Of a DNA stretch of 64,000 nt, positions 60,501 to 64,000 are shown piece by piece. Source of the stretch: Chrysemys picta bellii (lineage: Eukaryota); the NCBI RefSeq assembly GCF_011386835.1, contig NC_088807.1, positions 23,870,001 to 23,934,000 of the forward strand. The letters are read 5' to 3'. Numbering within the stretch: the first letter of the stretch is position 1; each line of letters begins with the position of its first letter. A program made the position numbers and the translations under genes. Below the pieces are notes generated by a model. It had not been told where the DNA came from and made no database searches. It worked only from the letters and a program-made list of their open reading frames with translations.

Positions 60501-62205
60501 CCCCCGGTAACCCTCCCCGCCCCCCCAGCCCTGCCGGTGCCCCTCACTGCCGACCCGCAGCCCCTGCAGCCCAGCCCTGGTCTCTCCCCCACAGATCGAG
60601 GCTGACCCGCTGCTCCGCAGTTCCCTGTCCCGCCTGTCGTACCGCAGCTTCTCCCGGCTGGCCGAGGCGTACACCGCGCGGGCCGACCCGGGCAGCCCCA
60701 GCCCCCAGCTCGCCCGGCTGGCCCTGACCATGGAGCTGACGCGGAAGGTGGCGGGAATCAACAGCCACACGGTGCAGACGCTGATGGGCTACAGCCTGCA
60801 GTACATGGACATGTTCGTCCCCTGGCTGCAGCAGCAGGGCGGCTGGGTACGGGGGGGGCTGGGAAGGGGGGGTCTGGAGGGAACGGGGGCAGGGGTCTGG
60901 GAAGGGCGGCTGGGAGCAGGGTGTACCGGGGGCTGGGAAGGGGAGTCTGGAAGGAAGGGGGGTGGGGGCTGGGGTCAGGGTATACTGGGGGGCTGAGAAG
61001 GGGGGGTCAGGAGGGAAGGGGGTGGGGGGCTGGGGTCAGAGTATACTGGGGGGCTGAGAAGGGGGGTCTGGAGGGAAGGGGGTGGGGGGCTGGGATCAGG
61101 GTATACTGGGGGGCTGAGAAGGGGGGTCTGGAGGGAAGGGGGTGGGGGGCTGGGGTCAGGGTATACTGGGGGGCTGAGAAGGGGGGTCTGGAGGGAAGGG
61201 GGTGGGGGCTGGGATCAGGGTATACTGGGGGGCTGAGAAGGGGGGTCTGGAGGGAAGGGGGTGGGGGGCTGGGGTCAGGGTATACTGGGGGGCTGAGAAG
61301 GGGGGGTCTGGAGGGAAGGGGGTGGGGGGCTGGGATCAGGGTATACTGGGGGGCTGAGAAGGGGGGGTCTGGAGGGAAGGGGGTGGGGGGCTGGGATCAG
61401 GGTATACTGGGGGGCTGAGAAGGGGGGGGTCAGGAGGGAAGGGGGTTGGGGGGCTGGGATCAGGGTGTACTAGGGGCTGGGAAGGGGAGTCTGGAAGGAA
61501 AGGGTGGGGGGCTGGGGTCAGGCTATACTGGGGGCTGAGAAGGGGGGTCAGGAGGGAAGGGGGGTGGGGGCTGGGGTCAGGGTATACTGGGGGGCTGAGA
61601 AGGGGGGGTCAGGAGGGAAGGGGGTTGGGGGGCTGGGATCAGGGTGTACTAGGGGCTGGGAAGGGGAGTCTGGAAGGAAAGGGTGGGGGGCTGGGGTCAG
61701 GGTATACTGGGGGGCTGAGAAGGGGGGGTCAGGAGGGAAGGGGGGTGGGGGCTGGGGTCAGGGTATACTGGGGGGCTGAGAAGGGGGGGTCAGGAGGGAA
61801 GCGGGTGGGGGGCTGGGGTCAGGGTATACTGGGGGGCTGAGAAGGCGGGGTCAGGAGGGAAGGGGGGTGGGGGCTGGGGTCAGGGTGTACCGGGGGCTGG
61901 GTACAGGGTGGGCTGGGGGGAGCTGCGCACATGGGGGAGGCGGCTCTGTCTATGGTGTTGGGGAGTCAGTGGGTGGCTGGGGGGACCCTGAGCAGGAAGT
62001 GGGGTGCTGATTGGGGCTTGGAGGCAGGCTGGGGTTGATCCCTGGCTCACAGTCTGCCGGGCAGGGGCTGCATGACCCTGGGGTGGGTTTTGGGGGGGGG
62101 GGGCTGTCTGGGATAACCCTCCTCCCATCTTAGGGGCTAATCTCTCCCCACCCCTGGCAGGAGAGCATCGCGGGACAGGACGAGATGTTCGACGTCCTGG
62201 ACTAG
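57517..62205 (+). CDS. BCL2L12: Bcl-2-like protein 12, about 353 aa
   Basis: Exons 57517-57661 (EETRLVLEAFLR), 58214-58579 (HEKINRAEEHKHGF), 58814-58972 (EFYTRVARKLDRLV), 59048-59142 (KEQVIQRLVALLEEQAGVIN), 60595-60846 (LARLALTMELTRKVAG...FVPWLQQQGGW, BH2), 62161-62205 (ends VLD*). Head-to-head with IRF3 as in human. Probable compensating -1/+1 indels at about 57587 and 58243. Confidence 0.9.
59145..60590 (+). repeat. C-rich tandem repeat (CCGGTGCCCCCGCTCCCGCCCCGCAGCCCC family) filling a BCL2L12 intron
   Basis: Visible tandem units; these are the source of the Pro-rich ORFs 58672..60510 and 58973..60160. Confidence 0.9.
60850..61890 (+). repeat. ~60-bp G-rich tandem repeat in the last BCL2L12 intron
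   Basis: About 16 copies of GGGGCTGGGGTCAGGGTATACTGGGGGGCTGAGAAGGGGGGTCTGGAGGGAAGGGGGT. Confidence 0.92.
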
Positions 62206-62542
62206 CAGCCCCTGGCCATGGGGGGATCTGGGGGGTGTCACAAGGCCGGTCCCTCCCCAGAACCCACCTTGCGGGGAGGGTTCAGAACACAGCCGTGGCG
62301 GGGGGGACAGGGGCTTTGGGGAGGGGGAACCTGTCCAGGGGGAGGGGCAGGAAACTGAGCCAGCCCTCCCCGAATTCTCAGGGGGAGTGTGTGTGGGGGG
62401 GTCGCTGGAAGAATCCGCCCCACAAAATCTCTGGGCCTGCCCAGGTTGGGGGAGCCCTAGCAGAGAGAGACCCCCCACTTTTGTTTTGGGTGGTGGGGGG
62501 CGAGTGATTGTTTTATATAAAGAATTTTCAATATATTTTAAT

Positions 62543-62548
62543 ATTAAA
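62543..62548 (+). terminator. Probable BCL2L12 polyadenylation signal
   Basis: ATTAAA at the end of an AU-rich patch about 340 nt after the stop codon, followed by a GT-rich stretch. Confidence 0.7.
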
Positions 62549-62939
62549 GCGCCTGGCGTGTCTGTGTCTCTCCTGCCACCACCACCCCCCGGCTGCGTGG
62601 CCAGATTGAGGGGGCCCTGCACTGCATCCAGTGGGAGCGGCGGTCCCCTCTGGGGTGGGGTGCCGAGATGCGGGGGAGGGGAGGAGGAAGACGGGACTGC
62701 CATGATGGAGGAAGGGAGTTGCAGTGGGTGGGGTGAGGTGGGTTGGGGGCACCCAGGGGGCCTTGGCAGGGAGCACACTAAGGGATGGGGAGGGAGGTGC
62801 AGTGGGAGAAGCGCAGTGAGAGGGTGGGGCTTGCAGTGTTCGCAGAGGGATGTGCAGTGAGGGGATGGCAGTGGTGGCAGGCTGCAGTGAGGGGGTGGAG
62901 CAGTAGAGGGGAGAGGGTTGGAATGGGGGCAGTAGAAGT

Positions 62940-63038
62940 CAGATCCTAGTGAGGTGAATAGAAAGGAGCATAACCACGGCCCGATGTAGTGTAAAACTGT
63001 AATAAGAAAAGCCCGAGAGGAGTTTGAAGACCGGCTAG
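62940..63038 (+). mobile_element. CR1 ORF2 fragment running into the second gap
   Basis: Translates with a shift to DPSEVNRKEH...CKTVIRKAREEFEDRLA, homologous to the start of the CR1 at about 23720-23810. Confidence 0.7.
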
Positions 63039-63538
63039 NNNNNNNNNNNNNNNNNNNNNNNNNNNNNNNNNNNNNNNNNNNNNNNNNNNNNNNNNNNNNN
63101 NNNNNNNNNNNNNNNNNNNNNNNNNNNNNNNNNNNNNNNNNNNNNNNNNNNNNNNNNNNNNNNNNNNNNNNNNNNNNNNNNNNNNNNNNNNNNNNNNNNN
63201 NNNNNNNNNNNNNNNNNNNNNNNNNNNNNNNNNNNNNNNNNNNNNNNNNNNNNNNNNNNNNNNNNNNNNNNNNNNNNNNNNNNNNNNNNNNNNNNNNNNN
63301 NNNNNNNNNNNNNNNNNNNNNNNNNNNNNNNNNNNNNNNNNNNNNNNNNNNNNNNNNNNNNNNNNNNNNNNNNNNNNNNNNNNNNNNNNNNNNNNNNNNN
63401 NNNNNNNNNNNNNNNNNNNNNNNNNNNNNNNNNNNNNNNNNNNNNNNNNNNNNNNNNNNNNNNNNNNNNNNNNNNNNNNNNNNNNNNNNNNNNNNNNNNN
63501 NNNNNNNNNNNNNNNNNNNNNNNNNNNNNNNNNNNNNN
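63039..63538. other. Assembly gap (500 N; true size unknown)
   Basis: Run of exactly 500 N. Confidence 0.99.
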
Positions 63539-64000
63539 TGGAGAGAGAAGGGGCAGACACTGGAGTGTGGGGCAGGGAGGGGGGAATGGGGCGAAGAGAG
63601 AGCGTATGGGGTGGGTCTGACAGGAGGGGCTGGGGGGGAAAGGATGGAGAGACCAGGGATGGAGCTGACTGGGGGAGGCAGGACCCACGTGGGGGGCCGA
63701 GAAGGGGGCCGGGGCCCTGGGGGCCGAGGCAGAATGGACGGGCAGCTGGCAGGCGTTATAGGGAGGGGCTGTTGGATGGGTGGGGAGGGCCTGGGGGGCG
63801 TTTAGCAGACTGGCATGGGGGCAGAACCTGCGGCTGCGAGGTCACGTCTGTCTGTCCTCCCCCAGAGAAGGAACAGCAGCCTGGGGGTGTGGGTATTGAT
63901 GAGTATCTGGGGGGCTCTGGAGGGGTGGAGCCCCTGCCCCACCCCAGAGGGGCTGCGTTGCCGGGCGAGGGCTGGGCTGGGCCGGGCCGTCTCTCGGTCC

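Noticed and set aside
58672-60770. 612-, 412-, 395- and 376-aa Pro/Gly-rich ORFs
   Set aside because: Tandem repeat inside a BCL2L12 intron.

Overview
GC-rich vertebrate genomic DNA, not prokaryotic. It is probably from a turtle microchromosome, inferred from CR1 LINEs, a TAGGGTGACC-type hAT MITE and minisatellite families I recall from turtle genomes. The window holds the gene block syntenic with human 19q13.33: PRRG2 (+), PRR12 (+, 3' exons absent next to a 500-N gap), RRAS (-), SCAF1 (+), IRF3 (-) and BCL2L12 (+). I reconstructed the exons by hand from splice sites and protein similarity, using human sequences recalled from memory. Five of the six genes show single-base lesions, mostly in homopolymer runs. 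These look like long-read assembly errors rather than pseudogenisation. Most long ORFs in the track are artefacts of tandem repeats. There is no CRISPR array or RNA gene, and I can support no novel protein-coding system. The most unusual signal is a set of tandem arrays, each built around one transcription-factor motif: about 70 ZNF143/Staf-type sites in SCAF1 introns 2 and 4, 8 YY1+ETS units in RRAS intron 4, an 86-bp CTCF-motif array in SCAF1 intron 6, and 18 TGACATCA (CRE-variant) elements between the RRAS and SCAF1 promoters. Function for these arrays is a hypothesis only.
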